DNA of 59,876 bases, the filler included, from Catajapyx aquilonaris (lineage: Eukaryota), in the NCBI GenBank assembly GCA_000934665.2. It is 2 parts of 2 records of this genome, joined end to end, with 100 filler letters (N's around TTAATTAATTAA, not from the genome) between each part and the next. Parts side by side here need not be neighbours in the genome. Positions count along the whole stretch, not along the records: positions 30,030 to 59,876 come from JYFJ02004725.1; 1 more part is not named here. The stretch is one strand, 5' to 3'. The position numbers and the translations under genes were made by a program. Shown in pieces: positions 48,421-59,876 of the stretch. Each line of letters begins with the position of its first letter. The stretch's first letter is position 1. The notes beneath the pieces are model-generated. The model did no database searches, was not told the origin of the DNA, and was given only the letters and a program-made list of their open reading frames with translations.

Positions 48421-50816
48421 GGGTCATTCCACGTCAGTTCGTCACGATATTAGCCCTTGGTATCTCGAATTTCGTTCAGACTTTTTTAAATGGAAGTACT
48501 CTACCCCAAACAAATGTGGCACAGGCCATTCATCCGAAAACAAATTTAACAACGGCACTACGAGCGACGAAAGATTATCGATTTTATCGTTTTTGGCAGT
48601 GTGCGGTATCCGAAAAGTGACGATATCTCCCTTAATATCGATCGTAGATTCCATCTTTATGCTCGCGGGGTACATAGGGACTTAAATTAATTGGAGATGT
48701 GCACGGAATAGATGTAGGCCACCAAATATAATTTTATGTAATATATTTAAAAAGTTACGCTAAATTTTAAATTTACTTTTCCAAAAACGGTATTTTTATT
48801 TATTTTTACTTTTTCCCTTGCATAAATATACAGGGTGGACGGTAAATGGCGGACAAGCTTCAGGTAGCGAGATTCCTTGTAAAAAATAAGTATATGGAAG
48901 TGAAGGTCATATTGCTCTACGAGGCCTGGTTAGGGCTCACGAGGTCTCCAAAGATTGGGCCAAATATCATGACGTCACATCCGCCCGCGAAATCCAAACA
49001 CTACCGTATCGCTACCGTACGCGGCGTGTTGCTAGGCGTTGCCATGTTGACATCTACCAAATGTTCACCAAACAATGGAACCGTATAAACTCGCCGGGAC
49101 GTTGCCAGGAACTCGGCGACGACGGTATGGCAATGCCTGGCAACGTCCCAGCCAGTTTATACGGTTCCATTGTTAGGTGAACATGTGGTAGATGTCAACA
49201 TGGCAACCCCGGGCAACGCACCGCAGACAGAAGCGATACGGTAGTGTTTGAATTTCGCGGGCGGATGTGACGTCATGATTTGGCCCAAACTTTGGAGACC
49301 TCGTGAGCCCTAACCAGGCCTCGCATAGCAATATGACCTTCACTTCCATATACTTATTTTTCATAAGGAATCACGCTACCTGAAGCTTGTCCGCCATTTA
49401 CCGACCACCCTGTATAGTCCTTTGTGTTAATTATCCCGTTAAAATGTCGATGGGCAATTCATAATTGGTCGAAATAAAAATTATCGAAATTGAAGGTACA
49501 CCGCTCCTGCATATCTAGCTAGTGTCTTGAACAAACATTCATTGGGTATTTTTTGGCCCAGTAAACAGGTTTAACTCATGATGTAAGTCTGGTGACTAAT
49601 TTTCTTTAAACATTACAAATTCTGAACCAATTAATACTTTAGTCATTCAATAATATTTTCCAATGATTTTGTGATTATTATGATTACCATTAAGTAATGG
49701 TAATCATAATAATTGACAAAATGATGTAAGTCTGGTGACTAATTTTCTGTAAACATTACAAATTCTGAGCCAATTAATACTTTAGTCATACAATAATTTT
49801 CCAATGATTTTGTGATTATTATGATTACCATTAAGTAATGGTAATCATAATAATTGACAAAATGATGTAAGTCTGGTGACTAATTTTCTGTAAACATTAC
49901 AAATTCTGAGCCAATTAATACTTTAGTCATTCAATAATTTTCCAATGATTTTGTCAATTATTATGATTACCATTAAGTAATGGTAATTGAATATACCATT
50001 AAGTAATGGTAATTGAATATACCATTAAGTAATGGTAATTGAATATACCATTAAGTAATGGTAATCATAATAATCACAAAATCATTGGAAAATATTATTG
50101 AATGACTAAAGTATTAATTGGTTCAGAATTTGTAATGTTTAAAGAAAATTATTCACCAGACTTACATCATGAGTTAAACCTGTTTACTGGGCCAAAAAAT
50201 ACCCAATGAATGTTCGTTCAAGACACTAGCTAGATATGCAGGAGCGGTGTACCTTCAATTTCGATAATTTTTATCTCGACAAATTATGAATTGCCCATCG
50301 ACATTTTAACGGGATAATTAACACAAAGGACTATATTTATGTAAGGGAAAAAGTAAAAATAAATAAAAATACCATTTTTGGAAAAGTAAATTTAAAATGT
50401 AGCGTAACTTTTTAAATATATTACATAAAATTATATTTGGTGGCCTACGTCTATTCCGTGCACATCTCCAATTAATTTAAGTCCCTATGTACCCCCGCGA
50501 GCATAAAGATGGAGACGGCAGAACCTTTATTGACCTTTCTGTATCCGACTCAAATTAATGAACTATTTTTGCTCATGGGTGTACATCTCTCTACAATCGA
50601 TAGTAAGGGAGATATCGTCACTTTTCGGATACCGCACAGCGCCAAAAACGATAAAATCGATAATCTTTCGTCGCCCGTAGTACCGGTGTTAAATTTTTTT
50701 CTGATGAATGGCCTGTGCCACATTTGTTTGGGGTAGAGTACTTCCATTTAAAAAAGTCTGAACAAAATTCGAGATACCAAAGGCTAATATAGTGATGAAC
50801 TGACGTGGAATGACCC
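48421..50816. mobile_element. Second giant fold-back DNA transposon (Sola2-like) with amplified palindromic apex
   Basis: Termini GGGTCATTCCACGTCAGTTC / GAACTGACGTGGAATGACCC; TSD ACCT (48417-48420, 50817-50820); the arms pair inward to a palindromic centre with tandem duplications. Confidence 0.86.
48831..49412. mobile_element. Tc1/mariner-type MITE nested in the left arm
   Basis: TA TSD; ~290-bp arms CAGGGTGG.CGGTAAATGGCGGACAAGCTTCAGGTAGCG. The right arm of the host is uninterrupted at the equivalent site (GGACTATATTTATG, ~50328). Confidence 0.9.
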
Positions 50817-51485
50817 ACCTTCCAAAACAAAAATAGGTCTACTATGTTATATGTTTAACAACTGTTTATCTTACATTTACAGTAAGTTCCTACCATTCCC
50901 AAAGAAACCTGAAATTCAGACCCATTTGAATGCCATACATAAATGCTGACAAACACGTTTGTACATTACCCAGAATCACTGTGTTTGGGACAGTGATAAG
51001 AAATGGTATAGGGTGAAATCAAGCCCTGCCAAAAATTAATATTTCCCACAGCCAAGATGAGATATACATCATTACATTCACATGCATTATGCAATGTTGC
51101 AATGACTGAATGGAACAACAATAATAGAATTTAAATGGAATACCTAGACATCAACAGGATGCAAGGAATAATTCTATCCCACAGCAACAGAGAATGAGTT
51201 AGAAGTTTCGATCAGAACATGGAAATTTCTCCCTGGGATGTAGGTGAACCTAGCACTCCCATCACTTGCAAATCCAGCAAGCATCAAATAAACTCAAATT
51301 CACAATAAAAATATTTCATTGCACTATTTCCGATTTGCAACAAAGTAACATGATCATCAAACATTTTCAGGAAATTCAAGACATCTTACCAGTAAATAAT
51401 TATCACCTGTGTTTCACCCCACACAAGGTACTCTTATGAGCGAAGGTTCCACTAAGACCCATCAATCTTGTGAAGTGTCACCATC

Positions 51486-54400
51486 TTACTGCTTCTTATT
51501 AACTGCTTTTCCGTAAATGCTGTCCAGAATAATTCCTGAAAAAAATAAAAAAAGGTGAAACGACTATAAATATGAGGCATTACCACGTCAAGCGGGCCAC
51601 CTTTCCGACAAATCCTTGAGGACCTTGACCAAAATTTAGTGACATGTGTGTGTTTTAAGCCCAACCATGAAAGATAATAGATATACACTTACAGTTATTT
51701 GATTTTTTAAGTTCCCTTGGATGTTCCCCGAATTTTTATTTTATTATTATTATTTATTATTTTATCCGGTGTTGTTTTCAAGAAGTGACTTTTTTGGACC
51801 TTGATCCATAAATGGAATATCTTTCTCTGTGTAGTGTAATTTAAAAAATATATAATCGTTCGTTACTTATGCCATGCTGCGTCGTTTTAATCCACCCATG
51901 ACTTTTGCCCCACCCTGTATATCTAATATGGGCATATTGTGAAACCATGTACAGTTATGGTGGCATTCTTGGTGTCAAAAGGCAACACCTTTTGTAGATA
52001 GTTTTCATATCATCGTTACCTTCTCAATAAACTAGTAACACTCTAAATTTGATACCAATTCAGGCTGGCCTGGAGCAATTCAACTTATCCTCCCCACACT
52101 CCTCCATAGCATGCCATCCTCCTCCTCTTACTCCTTCCCCCACTTAGCTACCCTTTGGGCCCAGAAATGTTACTTTCCACATAGGTATTCTAGGGCTTTT
52201 GGTGGGAAAACCTTTTACGCCAAATGTGTTATATGATTACTGCCACCTTTTTTTCATTACAGAGGAGTAATTTTAATATACAGGGTGAATCTGAACTCAG
52301 TGCCCCGACGTATATGACTGCCTTCCTAGCCACCAGAGGATCTATTTAAGTATAGGAGTCATATGTCTGGGCAGCCTCATTACTGAGATACACTCTTTAT
52401 CGATTTTTGCCTAATCGCTCCTTCTGACTTTTAAATAGAATTTTCTGGTGTAACTAGCCAAAGAGGCCTTACCACCTGTGGGCAACAAACCAACAAAGTC
52501 CGGCCCCCAGACCTTCCAGAGCCTTCTGACTGGGGGAGGGTTCGATGGGTGGCCTAACCGACAGGATATTTTGTACTACATGTTTGCGGCCAATTATCTC
52601 AGTAATGCGGCGGCCAAACATAATGACTCCTATACTTAAATCGATCCTCTGGTGGCTAGGAAGGCAGTCATATACGTCGGGGCACTGAGTTCAGATACAC
52701 CCTGTATATATATATGGAGCTATGATGGTCACAAAAGAATTACTTTACAGATATTTTGTTACTGGGAGGTTCCTCAGAAGAAGAGTACACTGTAATTCCT
52801 AAGTATTTTTAGAGGCATGAAAGCCCCTCCATGTAGAGTTACAATGAGCCCTTCATTTGCAAAACATCAGCAAAGCTCACAGCAAAACATCTTCTCTCCC
52901 ATGGACTTGTGGCATGCCACACATACACAAAGAAACTCCTGCATCATTTACCAGTGAAGACAAAGATGGTGCCAAGCCACTGTCGGGACATCAGCTCATT
53001 CCCAAAGATGAGGACTGATCCAAGCACAGTGAAAAACTTCCTTGTAGTAGTGATGATGGAGCAGGGAAGAGGTCCAAACTCAGCCACAGTAAGGAATATA
53101 AAAAACTGCAAGGTGCAAAATATAACATTGTAATGATACTGTTTTAATATTAGGGTAAGGCTGAGAACAAAATAACATACTTGTCCAACGGCACTAGCCA
53201 AGGAGAAGCTCAGCAGATGCCATACAATATGAGGATGTCTGTGAACAAAGTGCAGAAATTCTACTCCCTCTCCAGTCAAGGTTACAGCTGCAAGTGACAA
53301 CTCAATTCGGGTTATTCATTCATGACAATGAGCATGATTTTCCAGAGAAAGGTATTACATACCTATTGCAAGATATCCTACGGACCATTTGTTCATGCTC
53401 AGCATCATGTGACCTGATTTCGTCTTATGGTCTGCACGCATTCGTTCTTGTACAGCTCCAGTCAGGCCATCCATGGTTAGTGAAAGAAGCTGCACAGCAG
53501 ATTATTCAGAGGACAATTATCTCATATTTTTAAAAATATTGAAGGTCTTTCACCTACCAGAAGCACTTCTCCTATACCAAAACCACTCTCCTTCTTACTG
53601 GCAGCTACTTTACCATCCTTATACATGAAGAGGGCAACACCAAGCACAATAGTCACAACGAACAGGTATTTCTTCAAGGGGTACGACTTCTTACCAAGAA
53701 GGACACCCAACACCATCACTGGAATTGGTTTGCAGGACTTGCCAACAACCTATAAAGAATCCAAGCTCCACTATTAAGTCACACAAGTCATCAATTAAAC
53801 TCTTACCTGTGTCGGATAATTGACCCACTGAAGTGACATGGTGCTGCATACCATCGCTAATAAATAGGTCAAAGCACTGGCAGCATAATGAAAACTGTGA
53901 GTGTCATCTTCACCTTGAGGCATCACAGTTGCTAGAACTGAACATGATATCATTGTTATAACAGGAGAAAGTATTGGTCATTTTGTGGGATCAAGTTAAA
54001 ATTCAGAAAACTAAATTTATATGGATACATTTATAAACAATTTCGTGTCATTCGCCTCATAAGTTGGAGCCACTAATTTGACAATGATGTAATTTATCTT
54101 GCTTCAATTGAGCCACCTATTCTCCCACTATGTCTGGTTTGGAATAGTAATTCTGCATAAACATGGTGAAATCACAATTTCCTGCCAAATGTCAGACACT
54201 GAATTTTGTGTTTGTCAGGCCAAATTATCAGGCTACCAGTTGGGAGAAACAAAATTAATCATGTTGATGTATCTTGTGCAAGATGATTAAATTATAAATG
54301 TAATTCTATCATGGGTAATATTGACTAGAATACAAGTATCAAATGTGAGGTAGCAAATTATATGCATCCCTTTGATTAACCCTAATAAGATGGGTGGTTT

Positions 54401-57400
54401 TTCGCGTTTTTGCAAGGATCAGCAAAAAATTCGCTTGCTTTGTCACTTGGGGGACGAGACTTGAATACACTAGTGAATAAGATCGTCTAGTGTCCAGGCT
54501 TGATCCTGAGGCCATCTATGTGACCCTCCTCTCATACCATACGCAGTGGAAATTCTCAAATGCACAACCAGGTGGCGCAGGGGGTATGTTCGTGCCTACT
54601 CAAATTTTTTGTCACTCTGTCCGCTTGACAAAAAGTATTTCAGTATGTAGCCTTGGCAGCGCTGAACAAAGCAGTACATAAGCACATGGCATGAATTACG
54701 TCACAGGCCTGCCAGACGAGCTACGGTGATGCAAACACACACACCCTCACGAATGTAAACATCCCTTGCGCCACAGCTGTTCAAAAACCCAGCGGGGAAT
54801 GCGCCCCTCCATCCAGACGGAGGCCGGCGTTGAGTTCCACAGAGGCTCGCCAGCAGCTAATTGGCATTTACGTACATTTATTCATTTATGTTAAAACTAT
54901 TGAATTATCTTTTGCACTAATTTTAGGGTGGAATCTCTTGAGGTTTGGGGGCAACTATGTATGCCAAATATTTGCCGGTCGAGGCCGGATTTTTTTCTTT
55001 TTTGAAGTTTTTTTTTCAGTGGCCGCAAAAAGATGATTTCATTCAAGTTAATCTGGTTAATCCGGTTTATTTATGCACGATTTTGTAGTCCAAAACTCGC
55101 GATTTTTTACGCGAAAAAAAATTTAAAAAGCCACACAGAAACCACATTATATAGTGGGAAAACGCTATAGTTTCACCAGCAGAATTTTTTAATCCCCTGT
55201 ATCAGCATATGATATGCCCATCTTATTAGGGTTAAGATCTACTCAATGAATGCAAAAATTTGTTGGTGCTTGAATTTATACAATTATACAAGGTACTGTG
55301 AACAGTTTGCACTTCTTTTCAGACATAGGTTCGTTGAAATGGCAATTTCAAATCCAATATGGATGTATTGGCATCTAAGGTTATACAAGTATGTAATCTT
55401 GAGCATCAAAAACCCTTGTAACAAGGGAGGATTATGGTTGGTGTAACCTACAGAGCATGTCTAAGTTTATGTGCTGAAACAAGAAGTAGTACTTCTAAAA
55501 TTGTGCATTAAAGAAGATTAGAGCTGGTGAAGGGAATACATACCGATGGCTGCAAAAATGTAGTTGACCACACATTGAACCAAAACCAAGGACAAGGTAC
55601 ATGTAAACTTCTCTGTCTCTTCGCCCTCACCATACTTTCCTCTTGTGCTGAAATGGATTAATGATATTACTGCAACTGGCCACAGATCAATACACTGATC
55701 CCTTGGGACTACCCAAGTATTGGAACCAATAATTAAATTACAGTAAAACTTCTATAAGTCGAACTTCCCTAAGTCGAAGTTCTCTATAAGTCGAATAAAA
55801 TGATGAGCTTGGTTGGTCACAATGTAAAAGAATAGAATAAACTTCCCTAACTCGAATTTCTATAACTCGAAGTTCTCCATAGCTCGAAGTGCAGGCAGGG
55901 CCTTACAATGGGATATCAATGCATTTTCAGTCTCCCTAAGTTGAAGTTCATGTTGGCGAATACGGAAAATTGTCTCATTTCCCATAGCCGAAGGGTCGAG
56001 AGTAGGCTACATGTACAGAAAGGCTCAATTTCCTGATCTCCGTCTACCAGATGTATCGAAAGAAGTGTTTGACTCGAATGTGACAATTGAATCCTTGAAT
56101 CTAAGAGTAGGCAAATGTCCATAACAGTTTTTTTTTTTTTTTTCACAGCAAAACAACGAGGAACATTGTAAGGGTGATAGTGACAGTTATTTTTAAGTGT
56201 TGAACACCTTTCGTCGCTGATTATAAAGGCAGGTTTCCATATAGAGTTATGTGCTTTAAAAAATCCAAACTTCTCGAACTCGAATCTTCTATAACTCGGA
56301 GTTTAGGTTAATGTGCAGAAAGCAACATTCTGATCAATATCGGAATATCGATAAATTATCGATTATCAGTTTCTGTTAGGACGACTACGACAATATTACA
56401 ATCAATTTATTTTTTCCGTTCCCATACAGATTCGACTTATACAAGTTTACTGTATTACTCATTTTTAGCTCGTCTTAGGTAGTGTTCAGTCATGAATTAA
56501 CTCAAGTTGTTACATGAAACTATCACATTTTCAAACTTTGCAGTACCTGAAATAACTGAGTGCAATATGCTAATAAAAGTGATAATGGCTCTGCAAATAA
56601 ACATAGTTACAAGGTGCAAAAATATATCATCTGGGTTATGCAGCCAAAGAATAAGAAAAGTACAATTCAATTTTTTAAACGTATCACCACTCAATTACCA
56701 TTAGGGTGCTTTCAGAAACAAAGTTAACCCTGGAACCGTGCCTGAAAGTTACGGCAACAGTGATGTGGGGTCTTTTAGGACCCCATCCATATTTTAATTT
56801 CTATTAATTATTATATAATACTTTTTAATGTATTGACTATATGCAATCATTCTCTGAACAATACCTAAAATGATCGCTAATTCAAAATAAACATGCACTT
56901 CCTGTGATATACTTCTTTTAAATGGCAAAAGTTCATTGAAATTATCGTTTTAATTCCTTTGGGGTCCTAAAAGACCCTGCGTCACGGCTCCAGGGTTAAT
57001 AATTCCCATTGTATATTTCCTGGCATTATTCCATTCATCTTTTGGCCGCATTACTCAAGTGCAGACATTCCAATATGGAAGAGGTTACCACAAACCCCAT
57101 GTCATAAACTGCTGCCCTACATGCTACAAAGATGTTCGACTGAATAACTGCTGGATGCCACATTGGCAGTGTGTTACAAACTCCGAAAACAATGCGTTTC
57201 TCATCCACATGGAAATGACGCATATGTAGCAACACTGTACACAGCAGTGTAGAAGTGATGGGCCTATACACCAGCTAATATTAGTCTAATTGTTTTCAAC
57301 AAATAATTGCCCAGACCCCGATGCTCAGCATTATTATTAAGTGGATCGTACTAAACGAACAGCCATAACAGTAGTTATCCAACATCTCTGTGCTGACGGA

Positions 57401-57581
57401 CCATGCTGACTACCACACTAAGACCAGTTGGCCCACATGCTGCAACCATGTCCCACAGCTGTCACCCACCCAACACCAAGGGCGACCCCCATACTCACAT
57501 CTTCTCCTGAAGCACCCCATAGTAGAAGTAACATATGAAAATACCCAGGGCACAAGCCACGAGCTTCGTACTCTGGTTCAT
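51486..57581 (-). CDS. SLC35B1: Solute carrier family 35 member B1 (UAA family; ER nucleotide/nucleotide-sugar transporter, meigo/hut-1 orthologue), 315 aa
   Basis: Coding exons 57499-57581, 55544-55647, 53807-53937, 53558-53749, 53363-53489, 53181-53287, 52952-53105, 51486-51535, all GT-AG and phase-consistent. Motifs [69 protein letters not shown]. Confidence 0.96.
52281..52704. mobile_element. Tc1/mariner-type MITE in the last SLC35B1 intron
   Basis: TA TSD; ~110-bp TIR CAGGGTG.ATCTGAACTCAGTGCCCCGACGTATATGACTGCCTTCCTAGCC. Confidence 0.88.
54380..55231. mobile_element. piggyBac-like non-autonomous element
   Basis: TTAA TSD; 15-bp TIR CCCTAATAAGATGGG / CCCATCTTATTAGGG. Confidence 0.8.
55741..56452. 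mobile_element. pogo/Tigger-like MITE
   Basis: TA TSD; TIR CAGTAAA.CTT.TATAAGTCGAA / TTCGACTTATACAAGTTTACTG; subterminal TAA(G/C)TCGAA repeats. Confidence 0.82.
56728..56995. mobile_element. piggyBac-like MITE (copy of 27986 family)
   Basis: TTAA TSD, CCCTGGA / TCCAGGG termini, colinear with 27986-28269. Confidence 0.87.
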
Positions 57582-58165
57582 GCCGGCAAGTTTGACAACG
57601 AGTGGGCGTCGCGACAGCTGGGAAGTCAACAAGTGTTGTGAGGACGTGGGCACAAATGTGGGGGCGGGAACGACGCGGACGGGACGTAGGTTGCAAGGCG
57701 AAGCAGCGGGGAGCTCGCCGTCACTCTCATTGCCAGCTGCTGCGCACCCTATACCAGGAGGCAATAGACCATTGCCTGGAGCTTTGAATGGATGAGATCG
57801 CCTGCCCAGATCAACCTTGACCTTACAACCTGGTCAATGGCTACGTAGGGTCTTTTCAACTGCCCCCGGTGTCACACGTGCCGTATTTACGTCACTTTCT
57901 GGCTCTGGCAATAATGCATTAAATTTATTGGGCGCGTTTAGTACTTACGGGAGTGAAGAGGTGACGTCAGCGGCTGAAGAAAGCGGCGGGTATTGCATGG
58001 AGCTGGGGCGTCAGCTGCTTCCAGAGTTGGAATTAAGAACGCGCCCGACAGATTAATAAGCGCTTTCAAACACTAATAAAATTCCTAATAATGCCAGTAA
58101 ATTAATAACAGGCAATACCATTCTGAGTTTTATAAATAAGGGAATATGTGCATGAAATTTGTAGG

Positions 58166-58184
58166 CGTGGTGTGCTCTGATTGG
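58166..58184 (-). promoter_or_regulatory. ER stress response element (ERSE, CCAAT-N9-CCACG) upstream of SLC35B1
   Basis: The minus strand reads CCAAT-CAGAGCACA-CCACG, ~585 nt upstream of the ATG. CRE TGACGTCA at 57962-57969 and other ACGT cores lie in the same CpG-rich region. Confidence 0.6.
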
Positions 58185-58602
58185 CTGATAACGACATCAT
58201 GGCTGACGCCTGGGAAGCATGTGGACTCGGTCTGTGGCACGGTCTTAGAAGGAGGTCTGTGGACTTCTTGCTCGAACGATAGCTACGGCGTGGCTATACG
58301 TTGACATCCCGAGTTCCCGACTCGTTTCGGAACACAACGAGGGTGTGTTGTAGGTACTACTCAATATTTCATGAAAGAGGGAAGAAAGGTTGGCAAAGGT
58401 TAGCTTGGGAAAGGGGAAAACTGCCATAATACATTTCCGTATACATACGATATTTACTGTAATCATTGCAAAAAAAAAAAAAACTTGACAATGATGTGAA
58501 GCTGCTGCTATTCACAAACTCTTTGAGCAATGACAAAATGCAACTGCACTCTTTACCAACAGGCTGCCATGTTTATTTTCTAGCAGTTTAGCAAGTCCTT
58601 AA

Positions 58603-58979
58603 CCCTGGAACCGTGACGTGCCTGAAAGTTACGGCAACCGTGATGTGGGATCTTTAGGACCCCATCCATATTTTTATTTTCATTTTAATGTATTGACTAT
58701 ATGCAATCATTCTTTGAACAATGCCTAAAATTATCGCTAATTCAAAATAAATATGTACTTCCTGTTATACGTATACTTTTTTAAATGGCAACAGTTCATT
58801 GTAATTATCCATTTAATGCATTTTAATTCCTTTGGTGTACTGAATTGTTACCTTTTCCAATATAAATATGTCTACTGGCTGTGTCTCCCCCCAAAGGCTC
58901 TGTAAAGCCCACGGGGGTAATGAAAATATAAAAAAAAATATAAAAAATAAAATTCCTTTGGGGTCCTAAAAGACCAGGG
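58603..58979. mobile_element. piggyBac-like MITE (copy of 27986 family) carrying a LINE 3'-end insertion
   Basis: TTAA TSD. An insert at 58836-58950, absent from the other copies, is flanked by an 11-bp TSD AATTCCTTTGG and has a stem-loop and A-rich tail. Confidence 0.85.
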
Positions 58980-59876
58980 TTAAAATGTTCATTTCCTAGC
59001 AAAAAAAAATCCTACTCCTAAATTCCTAAAAATTTGCCACTTGTTTTCTTATGGGAAAAAAGGCCTGCTTTTAACTTCCCCCCAAATGTAATGTACCAGT
59101 CACGATACTAAATAACTAAGCATGGCCTGTTTTGATATGTGTATGGACACCAAAGAATTATAAATCAGGTGATACACACTGATGTGTTATGGTTTTTGAT
59201 GCAGTGGAAGGCCACAATTTACTATGGCAGCTAGACAGCTGTGCTACCATCACCCCAATGAACAATAGGCATGAGCCCTGGTTACTTGGGCATTACGAAC
59301 GAAAATATACAGTACATACATTTCTTCACGGCATTAGTTCCCATAGAGTGGTAGCCAGTGGTGTCCAGGTATTACCTGGCCACATTGTTAAGCCCGACAT
59401 AATGACACCTCTGGTGACTGGTCAGGACACGTAGAGTGTTAATGAAGGTGATTGAACTAAAACATGACTTTTCATAACTGAATATAAAATAATTTCTACC
59501 TTTTCAATCAACATTTGAGGACCCCTTACTTAAATTAAAGCATCCTGATGTGCAAGAATACCACATCCTCCTGAGACCTGGTGTCGACATATGTCGACAT
59601 CAGCAAAAGATTTTTTTGGCGCCAACCTGTGATGCCAACAGAACTGTAATAGGCTGGTATCCCATGGTTACAATCTGGCCTCAATAGCTGTAGCCACCTA
59701 GCGTCGAATATCTGGCTTGGGCCGCGAAAATTAAATCACGGACAAAATGGCGGATTCCGCTGCTGAAGCTTAGGCGCTGATCTGATCAGTTTTATTTTTT
59801 TACTCATATTTAGAATGCGATTTTCGCAATGCAGTGAATGTCCTGGGATTCGCAAGGAATGTGTCTTAGGAACTGC

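Noticed and set aside
49570..50100. Regularly spaced palindromic repeats as a CRISPR array
   Set aside because: The intervening sequences are copies of each other, not unique spacers; no cas genes; inside a fold-back transposon.
9998..57581. TMEM165 and SLC35B1 as a co-oriented secretory-pathway/glycosylation gene cluster
   Set aside because: They lie on opposite sides of the artificial spacer at 29930-30029, so linkage is not demonstrated by this sequence.
57582..57764. N-terminal extension of SLC35B1 suggested by the ORF track
   Set aside because: It starts at TTG, is not family-like and overlaps the promoter/5' UTR. The ATG at 57581 gives a normal-length protein.

Overview
AT-rich animal genomic DNA, most likely an arthropod or insect (inferred from the gene sequences, 54-80 nt introns and repeat content). 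A 100-nt artificial spacer (44 N + TTAATTAATTAA + 44 N) at 29930-30029 splits it into two ~30-kb halves. The halves share repeat families but are not shown to be adjacent. Two intact housekeeping genes can be fully spliced by hand on the minus strand: TMEM165/GDT1 (5 coding exons, 302 aa, 9998-23746) and SLC35B1/meigo (8 coding exons, 315 aa, 51486-57581). SLC35B1 has a perfect ER-stress element (CCAAT-N9-CCACG) upstream. A ZNF839-like 712-codon ORF with apparent 5' lesions sits just upstream of a decayed RTE-type LINE. The rest is dense in transposons: hAT, Tc1/mariner, pogo-like, piggyBac-like, PIF/Harbinger and CACTA-like MITEs, tRNA-derived SINEs, and two 2.4-2.9 kb fold-back elements with GGGTCATTCCA termini and 4-bp TSDs (Sola2-like). 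The most novel-looking signal is a 4-exon, all-phase-0, 136-aa Pro/Thr-rich orphan gene (+, 41081-42414) that the ORF track does not assemble, lying head-to-head with a second unidentified ORF.
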